Notes: generated by a model not told the origin, from the letters alone. A DNA stretch of 64,000 nucleotides from Desulfobacca sp. (GCA_020725545.1 DYEV01000036.1:97-64096), one strand, 5' to 3'; numbered from the stretch's first letter, positions 28,401 through 41,154 are shown. Translations and numbers: made by a program.

Positions 28401-29636
28401 TCAGCCTTCTTTGATCTTCACCCGGTCGCCGCTCTTAAGACTTTTGGGAGGCTGCAGGACCACCCTGTCGCCATCCTGGAGGCCGGACAGGACCTCCACC
28501 AGGTCCCCCAACGGTGGACCGACCTGCAAGGCCACCGCTTCCACCCGTTGCCCCCGGAGCACGAAAACAACCGATGCACCGTTTTTCTGGATCAGGGCCT
28601 TGGGATTGACCACCAGGCGGGGCTGCTCTTCATCGGCCCGCAAAGGCCGGGACAGGAAAGCCACTTTGGCGCTCATTTCCGGCAGAACCCGGGGGTCCAG
28701 GCTGTCAAAGGCCACCTTGACCATAATGGTGGCCTTACTGCGGTCGGCGGTGGGGACGATCATGTGGACTTTCCCCGGAAAGCGTATCCCCGGGAGGGCG
28801 TCCAGGAGTATTTCACAGGGTTGTGCCAATCTTACCTGGTGAATGTTGGCTTCGGCGACATCGGCCTCTACCATCAGGGACTCCATATCCGCCATGGTGG
28901 CCACCGCCGCCCGGGCATTGACCGCGGCCCCGAAGGGCGCCACCACTTCCCCCACTTCGGCATTTTTGGTGAGCACGACGCCGTCAAAGGGGGCCCGGAT
29001 CAGGGAATATTCCACCGCGGTCCGGGCCTCATCCAAGGCCGCGGTCGCGGCGCTGATATTGGCCCGGCCATTGGCCACCCCCGCCACCGCCTTCTGATAG
29101 CGAGCCGTGGCTGCGTCAAAGTCCTGGCGAGAGATGAGATTTTGGGCCAAGAGGGTTTTCAGGCGATCATACTGCAGCCGGGCATCCTTCAGCTCGGCCT
29201 CGGCCTGGGCCAAGGTGGCTTTGGCCGCGTTCACATTGGCCGCGGCCCGGTCCCGGACCGCCACCAGGTCATCGTTCTCCAGGCGGGCGATGATCGCCCC
29301 TTTTTTCACCCGACTGCCTTCCTCGACCCCCAGGAAAACCAACCGGCCGGTGCTTTTGGAGGAGACCGAGGCCTTGCGTTGGGCCACCACATAGCCGCTG
29401 GCATTGAGCAGCGTCACCGCCTGGGAAGGATACATCTTGATCACCGGTGCCACCTGGACCGTTTGGCCAAACAGTACGCCCGAGAAAACCAGCCACAGGG
29501 TGACGGCCGCCGCCACCAGGATGATGGCCGTGATGAGAAACGTGCGTCGCCGCCGGCTGCGCAGGTAGCGCAGCTCCGCTTCGCCCCGATCGAGCCGCAG
29601 TGATTGGAGATTGAGAGGATTTTCCGGGGAACTCAA
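28401..29636 (-). CDS. efflux periplasmic adaptor (HlyD/MFP family)
   Basis: 411 aa with a TM anchor, a coiled-coil ([23 protein letters not shown]) and beta-barrel/MPD regions. It is the first gene of an adaptor-ATPase-permease operon. Confidence 0.8.
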   Translation of the reverse strand: MSSPENPLNLQSLRLDRGEAELRYLRSRRRRTFLITAIILVAAAVTLWLVFSGVLFGQTVQVAPVIKMYPSQAVTLLNASGYVVAQRKASVSSKSTGRLVFLGVEEGSRVKKGAIIARLENDDLVAVRDRAAANVNAAKATLAQAEAELKDARLQYDRLKTLLAQNLISRQDFDAATARYQKAVAGVANGRANISAATAALDEARTAVEYSLIRAPFDGVVLTKNAEVGEVVAPFGAAVNARAAVATMADMESLMVEADVAEANIHQVRLAQPCEILLDALPGIRFPGKVHMIVPTADRSKATIMVKVAFDSLDPRVLPEMSAKVAFLSRPLRADEEQPRLVVNPKALIQKNGASVVFVLRGQRVEAVALQVGPPLGDLVEVLSGLQDGDRVVLQPPKSLKSGDRVKIKEG

Positions 29637-29780
29637 AGAAGGCCTCGTACGTGTCGGATCAGTTTAGATTTTCACAAGCGCTTGACAGAATGGGCCCCGA
29701 GCCATATTTTATTCCAAATTTTAAACATAATACTGAATTTTCACGAGAGCAATGCCTAAATGTGCTCAGAGGAGAACCGT

Positions 29781-30266
29781 ATGATGAAATCGGCCGTCAT
29801 CTCGGCAACAACCGGGCGGACCCTGCTGCAACTCCTGCTGGCAGGGTTTCTGCTGGCTGCCACCGGCGCTCTCTGCCCGGTTTGGGGAGGCGACGCCATC
29901 ACCCTGCCGCCCCAAACCGTCGCCCCCGGGGAAGTGCACCTCACCGTCAAACTGACCCTGCCACCAGGCCATAAATTAAATGCCGAAGCCCCCTCCACCC
30001 TGATCATCAGTGCTCAGGATCAGGCCGTGGTGGCGGTGGCCAAAAAATACCCCGGCAATCTTAAGGCCAGCGATTTCCCCGTCACCCTCAAGGTGCCGGC
30101 CAAGGAAGGCAAAACCATTATTCACGCGGATTTTAAAATCAATTTCTGCGATGAAAAAGCGGGCCTCTGCTTTATGCGGGACGCCGCCATCCAACTGCCC
30201 GTGGCAGTGAGCAAAACCGCCACCCAGAAAAATCTGCAGATTGAGTATCAATTAAAAATGGATTAG
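29781..30266 (+). CDS. secreted hypothetical protein with a conserved Cys pair (possibly DsbD-N-like fold)
   Basis: Start re-picked to ATG 29781 (RBS AGAGGAG). It has a signal peptide (MMKSAVISATTGRTLLQLLLAGFLLAATGA), a beta-rich body and FCDEKAGLCF. The family assignment is tentative. Confidence 0.45.
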   Translation: MMKSAVISATTGRTLLQLLLAGFLLAATGALCPVWGGDAITLPPQTVAPGEVHLTVKLTLPPGHKLNAEAPSTLIISAQDQAVVAVAKKYPGNLKASDFPVTLKVPAKEGKTIIHADFKINFCDEKAGLCFMRDAAIQLPVAVSKTATQKNLQIEYQLKMD

Positions 30267-30279
30267 CCGCCGTCCTTGT

Positions 30280-30305
30280 CCAGGGTCTGGGCAGCCAGAC
30301 CCTGG
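30280..30305 (+). terminator. 11-bp perfect hairpin 14 nt after the stop codon
   Basis: CCAGGGTCTGG-gcag-CCAGACCCTGG. No T-run follows. Confidence 0.45.
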
Positions 30306-30460
30306 AGCGATACTGCTCTCGCCTTGCCCCCTTCTGCACGTTTCCGTCAGAACCTGAGAATTATCTGCTGAAATTGCGAGAACGAGCGAAAGCCCGAAGG
30401 CCGGAGCCTCGGGCTTCGTGGCGTTCTCTGGACCCTGCAGGTTGCAGAGTACGTTCTGGA

Positions 30461-30814
30461 CTATAGGCTGATAATGGTATCAGGCCCCAGGACCTTGGTC
30501 TTGACCAGCTCCAGGTGCCGCAGGGTAATCACCTCCTGGTGAATTTTGCTCTCATCCCAGCCCAATTCTTTGGCCGCCATTTTTAACGGCACCTCTTGTT
30601 TGACTTTCACCAGATCATAGAGCTTTTGCTGGTCCGCAGTGAGCTTACCGCCCTGCTTATCCATGGTTCGTTTGGCCACATACGAAGCCCAGGGATCGCA
30701 TTCCTTGGTGAGATCCACCAATTTGATGTAACAATCCTCACAGACCTTCTCTCCCATGAGGGGACGGAGTTCACTCTCGTCAACCTGTGCCTGACAACGG
30801 GGACACTGAGCCAT
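30461..30814 (-). CDS. hypothetical zinc-ribbon protein with a C-terminal wHTH-like region
   Basis: Start re-picked to ATG 30814 (RBS AGGAGG). It begins MAQCPRCQAQV...VCEDCYIKL, and the C-terminus reads LTADQQKLYDLVKVKQEVPLKMAAKELGWDESKIHQEVITLRHLELV. Confidence 0.5.
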   Translation of the reverse strand: MAQCPRCQAQVDESELRPLMGEKVCEDCYIKLVDLTKECDPWASYVAKRTMDKQGGKLTADQQKLYDLVKVKQEVPLKMAAKELGWDESKIHQEVITLRHLELVKTKVLGPDTIISL

Positions 30815-30989
30815 AGCCAACCTCCTGTGGTTAGATTGTGTGCTGCTGCAAAACTCCCTGACAGGGAGGGGGAAGCCCCATGGGCCGAACGACACCACCA
30901 CGGGCTTAGCCATAATATAGTCAGAATTAGTCCCTTTGGCAATTTTTTCTGTAAAAAAAATAATAGGGGCAGAAAACTTGTTTGTTTAG

Positions 30990-31172
30990 AAAAATGAACA
31001 TGATGTTTCATTTGCGGGCGCCGGCTGGCAGGGTGGCGGCGACGAATCCTGGGCCATAGACAATCTGCAAGTTTTGGTGCAACCCGTGGCTACCCCTCTG
31101 CCCGGCACCCTTGTATTGCTGGGTTCCGGTCTCCTGGGGCTTATAGGTTTACGCCGGCGCTTTGTGCGGTAA
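30990..31172 (+). pseudogene. relic of a PEP-CTERM protein gene (C-terminal ~60 codons only)
   Basis: Hand translation gives KNEHDVSFAGAGWQGGGDESWAIDNLQVLVQPVATPLPGTLVLLGSGLLGLIGLRRRFVR*. This is a PEP-CTERM-type sorting signal (P-x-P, TM helix, RRR). An in-frame TAG lies at 30987 and the frame contains no ATG. Confidence 0.55.
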
Positions 31173-31204
31173 GCCAGACAAGAAGAAATCTTCGGCTCAC
31201 AAAG

Positions 31205-31238
31205 GAAGACCCGGCCGCCATTATGGCACCGGGTCTTC
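31205..31238. terminator. bidirectional terminator-like hairpin
   Basis: GAAGACCCGG (31205-31214) pairs with CCGGGTCTTC (31229-31238), with an inner GCCAT-t-ATGGC. It lies between the PEP-CTERM relic (+) and the minus-strand hypothetical gene. Confidence 0.5.
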
Positions 31239-31679
31239 TTGTGTCCGCGGCTCGTCGCCCGGCCTTATCTTAGAGGCTGTAATCCCCCTCGATCGCCAGG
31301 ATATATTCTTCCGGTTTGCTGCCGGAGTGACGGTAAAGGTCCCCTCACCGCTGAGGTTTTTCAGTTTACCGGTGCCTTTATAGACCTTCCAGGTGCCTTT
31401 GGTGATTTTGGTGGCCGCGTCCCGGTGGCCCTCGTAGCGGCTGTAGACCTGGCCATCCTCAAAGGTGGTGACGGCATAGCCCTGCATGGGGCCGGAGCCT
31501 TTGATGCGGTCATGAAAACCAACGCTGTGTCGGGAAACGAACTCCCCGGCCACGCCCTTTTCATATTCCAGAGGCTCACCCTCCATCTCGGTGAGCATCA
31601 TGGTATGGTCGATCTGATCGCCCACCCGCATCATTTCCCGGCGGATGGTAAAAATTCTGTACTTGGCCTTTCTTTTCAT
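31221..31679 (-). CDS. hypothetical protein; 3' end probably frameshifted (alternative stop at 31270)
   Basis: 152-aa ORF beginning MKRKAKYRIFTIRREMM.... After ...GEGTFTVTP the listed frame uses rare codons and runs through the terminator hairpin. A shifted frame reads GSKPEEYILAIEGDYSL* with preferred codons. Confidence 0.5.
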   Translation of the reverse strand: MKRKAKYRIFTIRREMMRVGDQIDHTMMLTEMEGEPLEYEKGVAGEFVSRHSVGFHDRIKGSGPMQGYAVTTFEDGQVYSRYEGHRDAATKITKGTWKVYKGTGKLKNLSGEGTFTVTPAANRKNISWRSRGITASKIRPGDEPRTQEDPVP

Positions 31680-31929
31680 AGCTTCCTCCTGAGAATAGTT
31701 TCGAGTTTATTACGGGTTGTTGCAAAACCTACTTTCTTGTCCTCCTAAACGAAGTGCAGGATTTCTCTCTAGCTGGAAAGATGAGAGTCTGCGCTATACT
31801 CAGAATGACCTGGAATCGGCTTGCAGGATTTTGCAACAGCTTCTAAGATTCTGATAAACCTTGGGTTTTCCTGTCCTCCTGTCATTCTGGCTGGAGCAAC
31901 GATCCCATATCCCTGGCCCCTGCACCCTC

Positions 31930-34374
<2,445 letters not shown>

Positions 34375-34390
34375 TTATGACGATCCTTTT

Positions 34391-34458
34391 GGGGAGGGGG
34401 CCAGAGGGGCCCAACCCCTCCGCCAACCCCCGCGCTACCTTTTGGCAGTGCCAAAAGG
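34391..34458. repeat. second copy of the GC-run palindromic element, in the dnaN-gyrB spacer
   Basis: GGGGAGGGGGCC (34391-34402), GAGGGG/CCCCTC hairpin, and perfect palindrome CCTTTTGGCA-g-TGCCAAAAGG (34438-34458). It shares these blocks, in the same order, with 7971-8062. Confidence 0.6.
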
Positions 34459-34515
34459 CCTAAAAATAGTTATCCTCCCACCTGCAGAGCATGGGGAGCG
34501 TTTTTCAGCAAACTG

Positions 34516-35655
34516 TTAAAGGTCCATGGGCATGACGATGCTCAGATAGGATGGGTCACCGGGCTCCCGCAGGCAGAGGGGTTTCTTTTTGGCATTCAGT
34601 TCCATAAGGATTTCTTCACCTTGCATTACAGACAAAGGCTCTATGAGATATCTGGCGTTATAGCTGATCTCGAGGGGCAAGGTAAGGCCGTCGTCCTCAT
34701 CACTGGGGGCCAAAGTTTTTAAGGCGATGGGCAGCCTCTCTTCGCCGCCGCCGACCTCCGGATTATGGTAGCGAAAGTCCAGCAAATTATCTGTCACCGT
34801 CAGTACTACCCCCTTAAATCTTTCCGATGATAACAGGCTCATACGCTTGAGGATTTCCAAGAAAGGCTTCCGGGCCACCGTGAGCTGCAGTTTGGCGGTC
34901 TCCGGCAAGATCCGGCGGTAATCGGGAAATTTTTTATCCAGCAGGCGGATAAAGAGGTAATCCTCGCCTTGTTTGAGTACTAGATTTTTTTCCTCCAGGC
35001 CCAGGGCGCAGTCCTCCGCCTCCAGGAGGCGGAGCATCTCCACCACGCCTTTGCGAGGAATGATAAAGCCCTTCTCCGGGTCTAGCTGTTGGGCTATGGC
35101 CACCTCCCGATCAATGAGGGAGAGTCGGTGGCCGTCACTGGAGACGAAGCGGAGGTGGCCGCGATCCGGCAATCTCTCGGCATACACGCCGGTCAATTGG
35201 GGCTGCAGATCATCCAGGGACACCGAAAAAATGGTTTTTTCCAACATTTCCTTTAGCACGGCGCTTTTCATGGGCTGGAGGATTTGCTCGTCCGCCAGCG
35301 GCAGGGGGGGGAAATTATCCGGGCTCAATCCCATGAATTGATAGCGCATGCTGCCCATAAGGACCTGCAGGGAGTTGTTGGCCGTGCTTTCCAGAGAGAT
35401 GGTTCCTTCCGGTAATTCTTTGAGAAGGCTGAAAAAATTCATGGCCGGAACGGTCATCCCTCCCTCTTCGCTGACCTGAGCCGGATAGAAACCCCGAAAG
35501 CTGATTTCGTAATCGGTAGCGGAAATTTTCAGTTGGTCTGCCGTGGCTTCCAGGAGGCAATGGGCCAGTATGGGAGTATGACTGCGACGGTCTATGACTC
35601 CCTGAGTCCGTCCGATCCCCTGGAACAACGTATCCTTGTCAATTTCCAGCTTCAT
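34516..35655 (-). CDS. dnaN: DNA polymerase III beta sliding clamp
   Basis: 379 aa, MKLEIDKDTLFQGIGRTQGVIDRRSHTPILAHCLLEA..., with the three-domain clamp pattern. Confidence 0.95.
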   Translation of the reverse strand: MKLEIDKDTLFQGIGRTQGVIDRRSHTPILAHCLLEATADQLKISATDYEISFRGFYPAQVSEEGGMTVPAMNFFSLLKELPEGTISLESTANNSLQVLMGSMRYQFMGLSPDNFPPLPLADEQILQPMKSAVLKEMLEKTIFSVSLDDLQPQLTGVYAERLPDRGHLRFVSSDGHRLSLIDREVAIAQQLDPEKGFIIPRKGVVEMLRLLEAEDCALGLEEKNLVLKQGEDYLFIRLLDKKFPDYRRILPETAKLQLTVARKPFLEILKRMSLLSSERFKGVVLTVTDNLLDFRYHNPEVGGGEERLPIALKTLAPSDEDDGLTLPLEISYNARYLIEPLSVMQGEEILMELNAKKKPLCLREPGDPSYLSIVMPMDL

Positions 35656-35914
35656 CTTTACCTCAATTTTAACTAAGATATCTTTTTTGTAATTTTAGTT
35701 ATAGAGCCGATAATGTTCACAACTACTTTATGGCCTGGAAATCCCCAGGATTTTTTTCGACCCACTGATATGCCTTTGTCAACCTGGGGCCGAGTTATCA
35801 ACCTGGCCACGATCGGCTTGGCCGTGGCGCGGTTGATAACGAAGGCAGAGTGGCAATGAGGCGAACGTTTCTGGTTCATAACCCGGGTGGTTAGCCTAAT
35901 CCGAGGCCCCGACC

Positions 35915-37576
35915 TTAATCTTCCAAAACCGCGCCCTTGCTGCCGGAGGTCACCAATTGGCTGTAGCGGTAGGCGTAGCCCCGGCGGATCTTGGGGGCCG
36001 GTGGCTGCCACCGTTGCCGACGGGCGGCCAGTTCAGCTTCCGGTACCTTTAGGGTCAAGGTTTTGTTGGGAATGTCGATGGCGATGAGGTCGCCATCCTG
36101 GACCAGGGCAATGGGACCGCCGGCCGCGGCTTCCGGTGAGATATGGCCGATGGCCGCCCCCCGGGTGCCGCCGCTGAAACGGCCGTCAGTCAGGAGGGCC
36201 ACGTCTTTGTCCAGGCCCATGCCGGCGATGGCCGCGGTGGGAGAGAGCATTTCCCGCATGCCCGGCCCGCCTTTGGGACCCTCGAAGCGGATGACGATGA
36301 CGTCTCCCGGCTTGATGGTGTTCCCCATGATAGCCTCAGAGGCCGCTTCTTCGGAATCGAACACCCGGGCCCGGCCTTCCCGCTGCAGCATGGCGGGGTC
36401 GACCGCGGATTGCTTGACCACCGCTCCTTCCGGGGCCAGATTGCCGCGCAGGATGGCGATGCCGCCTTGCGTGTGGTATGGGTTCTTGAGATCACGGATG
36501 ACCGCCGGGTCCAGGACGCGGGCTTTGGCCAGATTGTCGGCCACAGTGCGGCCGGTAACGGTCAGTGGAGTACCGGCAATGAGACCGGCGGACAATAATT
36601 GGGCCATGACTGCCGGCACGCCGCCGGCCCGGTCCAGGTCCTCCAGATGGTGTTTGCCGGCCGGACTGAGAGAGCAGATATGCGGCGTCTGTTCGCTGAT
36701 GCGGTTAAAGAGGTCCAAGGACACCTCGATTTCGGCCTCATGGGCTATGGCGGGGATATGGAGCACTGTGTTGGTGGAGCAACCCAGGGCCATGTCCACG
36801 GCCATGGCGTTCTCAAAGGCTGTTAAGGTGGCGATCTGCCGGGGCAGAATCTGTCGCTGCACCAGGTCCATGATCTGCATACCCGCCTGTTTGGCCAGGC
36901 GATAGCGGGCCGCAGAGACCGCCGGTATGGTGCCGTTGCCGGGGAGGGCCAGCCCCAGGGCCTCGCTCAAACAGTTCATGGAGTTGGCCGTAAACATGCC
37001 GGCGCAGGAACCGCAGCCCGGACAAGCGGCGTCTTCCAACTCCGCCAACTCCGCTGCCGGCAGGCGGCCGGCCTTCACCGCGCCCACGCCTTCAAAGACG
37101 GTGATTAGATCCACCGACCGGCCCTGATAGGTGCCGGCCAACATGGGGCCGCCGCTGATGACGATGGCCGGAATATTCAGGCGCAGGGCCGCCATGAGCA
37201 TCCCGGGGATGATCTTGTCGCAGTTGGGAATGAGCACCAGGCCGTCAAAGGGATGGGCCATAGCCATGACTTCGATGGAGTCGGCGATCAATTCCCGGGA
37301 GGCCAAGGAATATTTCATGCCCTCGTGGTGCATGGCCAGACCGTCGCAGACGCCAATGACCCCGAACTCAATGGGGGTGCCGCCGGCCAACCGGACCCCC
37401 GCCTTGACGGCTTCGCCGATCTTATCCAAGTGAATGTGTCCGGGGATGATTTCATTTTTGGCATTGGCGATGCCGATGAGGGGGCGGTTGATTTCGGTAT
37501 CCGTCAACCCCATGGCTTTTAACAGCGACCGGTGGGGAGCTTTCTCCAGACCGGTTTTCATCCGATCACTCCGCAT
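35915..37576 (-). CDS. ilvD: dihydroxy-acid dehydratase
   Basis: Start re-picked to ATG 37576 ([23 protein letters not shown]). It has Fe-S ligand motifs ([23 protein letters not shown]). It overlaps the RNase E/G stop by 11 nt. Confidence 0.95.
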   Translation of the reverse strand: MRSDRMKTGLEKAPHRSLLKAMGLTDTEINRPLIGIANAKNEIIPGHIHLDKIGEAVKAGVRLAGGTPIEFGVIGVCDGLAMHHEGMKYSLASRELIADSIEVMAMAHPFDGLVLIPNCDKIIPGMLMAALRLNIPAIVISGGPMLAGTYQGRSVDLITVFEGVGAVKAGRLPAAELAELEDAACPGCGSCAGMFTANSMNCLSEALGLALPGNGTIPAVSAARYRLAKQAGMQIMDLVQRQILPRQIATLTAFENAMAVDMALGCSTNTVLHIPAIAHEAEIEVSLDLFNRISEQTPHICSLSPAGKHHLEDLDRAGGVPAVMAQLLSAGLIAGTPLTVTGRTVADNLAKARVLDPAVIRDLKNPYHTQGGIAILRGNLAPEGAVVKQSAVDPAMLQREGRARVFDSEEAASEAIMGNTIKPGDVIVIRFEGPKGGPGMREMLSPTAAIAGMGLDKDVALLTDGRFSGGTRGAAIGHISPEAAAGGPIALVQDGDLIAIDIPNKTLTLKVPEAELAARRQRWQPPAPKIRRGYAYRYSQLVTSGSKGAVLED

Positions 37577-39230
37577 GAAACAATCCTTTCTGGTCCTGTA
37601 GACGTTCTTCAATGACTCCCTGCAGAACCGCTTTGGTCTTTTCCGTATCCATCTGCCGTCTGATGAACTCCACCCGATTGTCGGCCCCCACCAGGGTGGG
37701 GTCGGGCTCAATGATCAGACGCAGGTTGAACTTTTCTTCCAGGGCCACCAACTCATGGCGTTTCTTATTCAGCAGATAATTGCTGACCTCCACGGGCAGA
37801 TGAGCCCGCACCTCCTGGATATCATTTTTGGCAGCCTCATGACTGATCTTCCGCAAGACGCTGAGACCGCTGGCCTCGGGCGAACGGATGACCCCCCGCC
37901 CCCGGCAATGGGGACAACTGATGTAGAGGCTGGTGGCCATGGCGGAACGGAGCCGTTGCCGGGACAACTCCAGGAGGCCGAATTTGGAGATCTGGCCTAC
38001 GGTCACCCGGGCCTTTTCTTTTTTCAGGGCGGTTTTCAGGGCCTTTTCCACCTCTTTGCGGTGTTTTCGGTCTTTCATGTCAATGAAATCGACGACAATC
38101 AGGCCGCCCAGATCCCGGAGCCGCAGCTGCCGGGCGATCTCTTCGGCCGCCTCCAGATTCGTCCGGAAAGCCGTTACCTCAATGTCCTTGGGAGAAATAC
38201 AGCGACCAGAGTTGACGTCAATGGCCACCAAGGCTTCGGTGGGATTAATGACAATACTGCCGCCGGACTTCAGCGGCACCTGATTATCGAAGAGGCGCTC
38301 CAATTGCTCTTCGATCTGATACTTGGAAAAGATGGGTCGCTTTTCTTTGTAGAGCTTTAAGGCTTTGGTATGCTTCGGGGAAAAAGCCTTGAAAAACTTC
38401 TTGATCTGGTTGAAGGTCTCTGGATCGTCAATGAGAATTTCGTTGATATCCGCAGTGTAATAATCCCGAATGGTGCGAATGACCAGGTCCAGTTCCTTAT
38501 AAATCAAAGAGGGTGCCGGGGAGGTGCCGGCGTTGCGTTTGATCTCCTCCCAGAGATTGAAGAGATATTGATAATCTTTCACCAGATCACGTTTTTTAGC
38601 GGTTGCGCAGGCCGTGCGCACGATCAGTCCGACTCCGGGGGGAAGATTAAATTCCTTGGTCAGGGCCTTTAATTCCTGCCGCCGGGCTTCATCTTCGATC
38701 TTGCGGGAGATGCCCACCTGCTCCTGGCCGGGCAGCAAGACCAGAAACCGCCCCGGCAAGGAAATATAGGTAGTGAGATACGCGCCTTTGGCGGCAATCT
38801 CCTCTTTGATGACCTGGACCAGCAACTCCTGCCCTTTTTTCAGGACTTCCTGGATCTTGGGCCGGCCCCGGTTGGCTGCCTCCTGATGAAAATACTCCGG
38901 ATGCACTTCCGAGATAGGCAAAAACCCCTGGCGCTCGGCCCCATAATGCACAAAGGCAGCCTGCAGGCTCGGTTCGATATTGGAGATGACCCCTTTATAG
39001 ATATTGCCTTTCAGTTGCTCTTTGCTGGCAACCTCAATGGCAAATTCCTCCAACCGGCCGTCTTCCACAATGGCCACCCGGAATTCTTCGGGATCAGAGG
39101 CGTTAATCAGCATTTTGGCCAAGGCCGGCGACGGCTCAGCATGGACTGCTTCACTACCGGCTTGTGGGGGCGATGCCCCTTTGGCATCACTTCTGGCCGG
39201 GCGGGAACTTTTTTTCTTTTCCAATGGCAT
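37566..39230 (-). CDS. rng: ribonuclease E/G family endoribonuclease
   Basis: S1 domain ([23 protein letters not shown]), DNase I-like and Zn-link regions (CPHCRGRG). The track start at 39284 is a TTG codon. ATG 39230 or ATG 39113 (MLINAS...) are more plausible, so the start is uncertain. Confidence 0.85.
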   Translation of the reverse strand: MPLEKKKSSRPARSDAKGASPPQAGSEAVHAEPSPALAKMLINASDPEEFRVAIVEDGRLEEFAIEVASKEQLKGNIYKGVISNIEPSLQAAFVHYGAERQGFLPISEVHPEYFHQEAANRGRPKIQEVLKKGQELLVQVIKEEIAAKGAYLTTYISLPGRFLVLLPGQEQVGISRKIEDEARRQELKALTKEFNLPPGVGLIVRTACATAKKRDLVKDYQYLFNLWEEIKRNAGTSPAPSLIYKELDLVIRTIRDYYTADINEILIDDPETFNQIKKFFKAFSPKHTKALKLYKEKRPIFSKYQIEEQLERLFDNQVPLKSGGSIVINPTEALVAIDVNSGRCISPKDIEVTAFRTNLEAAEEIARQLRLRDLGGLIVVDFIDMKDRKHRKEVEKALKTALKKEKARVTVGQISKFGLLELSRQRLRSAMATSLYISCPHCRGRGVIRSPEASGLSVLRKISHEAAKNDIQEVRAHLPVEVSNYLLNKKRHELVALEEKFNLRLIIEPDPTLVGADNRVEFIRRQMDTEKTKAVLQGVIEERLQDQKGLFHAE

Positions 39231-39378
39231 GTAATCTAGCAGGGCAGGGAATTTGGGATTCGCCTCTTTCAACCAAAAAGGCAAATTATTTTCAATAAAT
39301 AGTCAAATAAGTGTATCTTTTTTCCCTTTTTTTGTCAATGTCTTTTCTGTTCACAAAAGCATTTTAGATTCGTTGGTT

Positions 39379-39405
39379 GCGCCGCTCCAACAGTTGGAGC
39401 GGCGC
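39379..39405. promoter_or_regulatory. perfect 12-bp palindrome in the divergent rng/rhodanese control region
   Basis: GCGCCGCTCCAA-cag-TTGGAGCGGCGC. It is embedded in AT-rich sequence upstream of both divergent genes. Confidence 0.4.
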
Positions 39406-39561
39406 TGGTGTGGGCTTAGGGAACGAAGTGGTGAAAAAATCTTGGGAAGACGAAGGAATCCTGCTATATATGATAGCTGGCAGATGATTCAGGGTTTTTC
39501 TGCCGCCTGCGGGCACGTCGCCTAGATATAGCCGTTTTTATCATCAGGAAGGAGGTCTGCC

Positions 39562-39954
39562 GTGCCGATAACACTTCGGGAAACTATGCCTCTGGCCGAG
39601 GTCTTGCGGGAGATGGACCTGGCCTTTATTGCCGCCGGGGACCACAGTATCACCGTGGAGGAGGCGGTGAAATTCATCCGCCATCCACATTTTGTCTTTT
39701 TAGACGTCCGCACCGCAGAGGAGCGGGCCCATCTGGCCTTCCCCTTTGCCCGGCACATTCCCCTACAGGAACTGCCTGACCGACTCCAGGAATTGCCGGC
39801 AGACAAGTTTTTCATCACCTTCTGTTTCAATGGGGCGCGGGCCATTTTAGCCTATGCTTTTTTACGCACCCAGGGTTTTGACGAAGTCAAGGCCTTGGAG
39901 GGACGGGTCCAAGAACTGGCCGACGCCTTGTCGCCGGGCCGATTGAAGTTCTGA
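39562..39954 (+). CDS. rhodanese-like sulfurtransferase domain protein
   Basis: GTG start preceded by AGGAAGGAGG. It carries FLDVRTAEE...ITFCFNGARA (a CxxxxR active-site loop). Confidence 0.78.
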   Translation: MPITLRETMPLAEVLREMDLAFIAAGDHSITVEEAVKFIRHPHFVFLDVRTAEERAHLAFPFARHIPLQELPDRLQELPADKFFITFCFNGARAILAYAFLRTQGFDEVKALEGRVQELADALSPGRLKF

Positions 39955-40012
39955 CCATCCACTTTAGCAAACATTTTTACCAGGCCTCTGGGCCGTAGTT
40001 CAACTCGGACGG

Positions 40013-40492
40013 ATGTTTATGCAGCCAAAAAAATTCCCACATTTTTGGGGATCGCAGACCTCCATCGGCATTTCGGGCCTGCTGCAAAAGATGCAGAATG
40101 TTATTGTCGTGGGTCTTTGTCTACTCATCTTTTGGATTATGTTGGTGCAGATATATCAGACCAGCCTGGAGACGTTGGGCCGGAAGAACTTCCGGGATAT
40201 CGCCGGGCATCTGATCTACATCTTTGTGCTGGTGGAACTCTTTCGGTTGCTGATCTACTATCTGGAAGAGCAGCGCATTCTTTTAAGTACTATTGTTGAA
40301 GTGACTATCGTCAGCATGCTCCGGGAAGTCATTCTTGAGGGCATCTTGACCATCTCCTGGGAGCGGGTGCTGGCTCTCTGCGGCCTCCTGCTGACTTTGG
40401 GGGCCATCATGTTTGTGCACCATGCTATGGTCAAAGACCGCCCGAGGCTGGAGCAGATCACCATAAAAAAGGCCTCAGGGGGTGAGGTGTGA
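40013..40492 (+). CDS. membrane protein, PsiE-like (phosphate-starvation-inducible E family)
   Basis: 159 aa with four predicted TM helices. FVLVELFRLLIYYLEEQRILLSTIVEVTIVSMLREVIL resembles PsiE-family motifs. Confidence 0.5.
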   Translation: MFMQPKKFPHFWGSQTSIGISGLLQKMQNVIVVGLCLLIFWIMLVQIYQTSLETLGRKNFRDIAGHLIYIFVLVELFRLLIYYLEEQRILLSTIVEVTIVSMLREVILEGILTISWERVLALCGLLLTLGAIMFVHHAMVKDRPRLEQITIKKASGGEV

Positions 40493-40761
40493 TTGCTTGA
40501 CGCGCTTACACCTCTGCCAGGGTGACGTTAGGCAAAGGCTGATTGCTTCAGGGGAGGCCATATTGTAACCGGGGCAAGCTGACAGCTCGGCCAGAGAGCA
40601 CTATCTTCTTCGGGCAAAGTCAGGTGCGGACGCAGGTTTGGTGTTACCGCTATTATGGCGAAATTTGGTTTACAAGGTTACAAGAGTTAGTTATATTTAT
40701 TTTTTTAGAATATGGAGCAATTTTTGGCGCCCAAGGCCCCGGCTGCGGCCCGCATAACGAT

Positions 40762-41154
40762 ATGATAAAGAGTAACTTGCCAGGTTTCCTGAAAAAAAAG
40801 AAATTATTGGACGATCCCCAGTTGCCGGCTGCCGCCTGTCGCACCTATGGCGACCTCTTTGTCGAGGCGGGGTGGCTGGCTGATGCTTTGGATTTTTATC
40901 TCAAAGGCAATGACGCCGAGGGCTTGGCCCGCCTCGAAACCATAGCCTTGGAGAGCGGTGATGCCTTCCTGTTAGAGCGCCTCCTGCAGGCCCAAGGCCG
41001 GGAGGCCCCGGAATTATGGCAACAGGTGGCGGCGGCGGCCACCGCTGCCGGGAAATTTACCCTGGCCCAATGGGCCCAGGAACGCCGCGGCCAGGCCGGC
41101 GTTACAGACGCGGCCGGACCAGCCGCCGGGAGTCACCATGCCCACGATGCCTGA
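40762..41154 (+). CDS. hypothetical helical (TPR-like) protein
   Basis: Start re-picked to ATG 40762 (MIKSNLPGFLKKKKLL...). Its 3' end overlaps the DnaJ-like start by 17 nt. Confidence 0.45.
   Translation: MIKSNLPGFLKKKKLLDDPQLPAAACRTYGDLFVEAGWLADALDFYLKGNDAEGLARLETIALESGDAFLLERLLQAQGREAPELWQQVAAAATAAGKFTLAQWAQERRGQAGVTDAAGPAAGSHHAHDA

Noticed and set aside
31810-31850. Sigma-54 promoter-like CTGGAATCGGCTTGCAGG and the inverted repeat GTTGTTGCAAAACCT / AGGATTTTGCAACAGC (31716-31848)
   Set aside because: The GG-to-GC spacing is one nt short of the -24/-12 consensus, and no plus-strand gene lies downstream. The inverted repeat is real, but I cannot assign it a function beyond a possible gyrB terminator or regulatory stem.
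35656-35914. oriC with DnaA boxes upstream of dnaN
   Set aside because: The best candidates (TTATCAACC twice as an inverted repeat, TGTTCACAA) match TTATCCACA at only 5-7 of 9 positions. There is no dnaA gene and no box cluster. The observation is kept only as a gene-order note.
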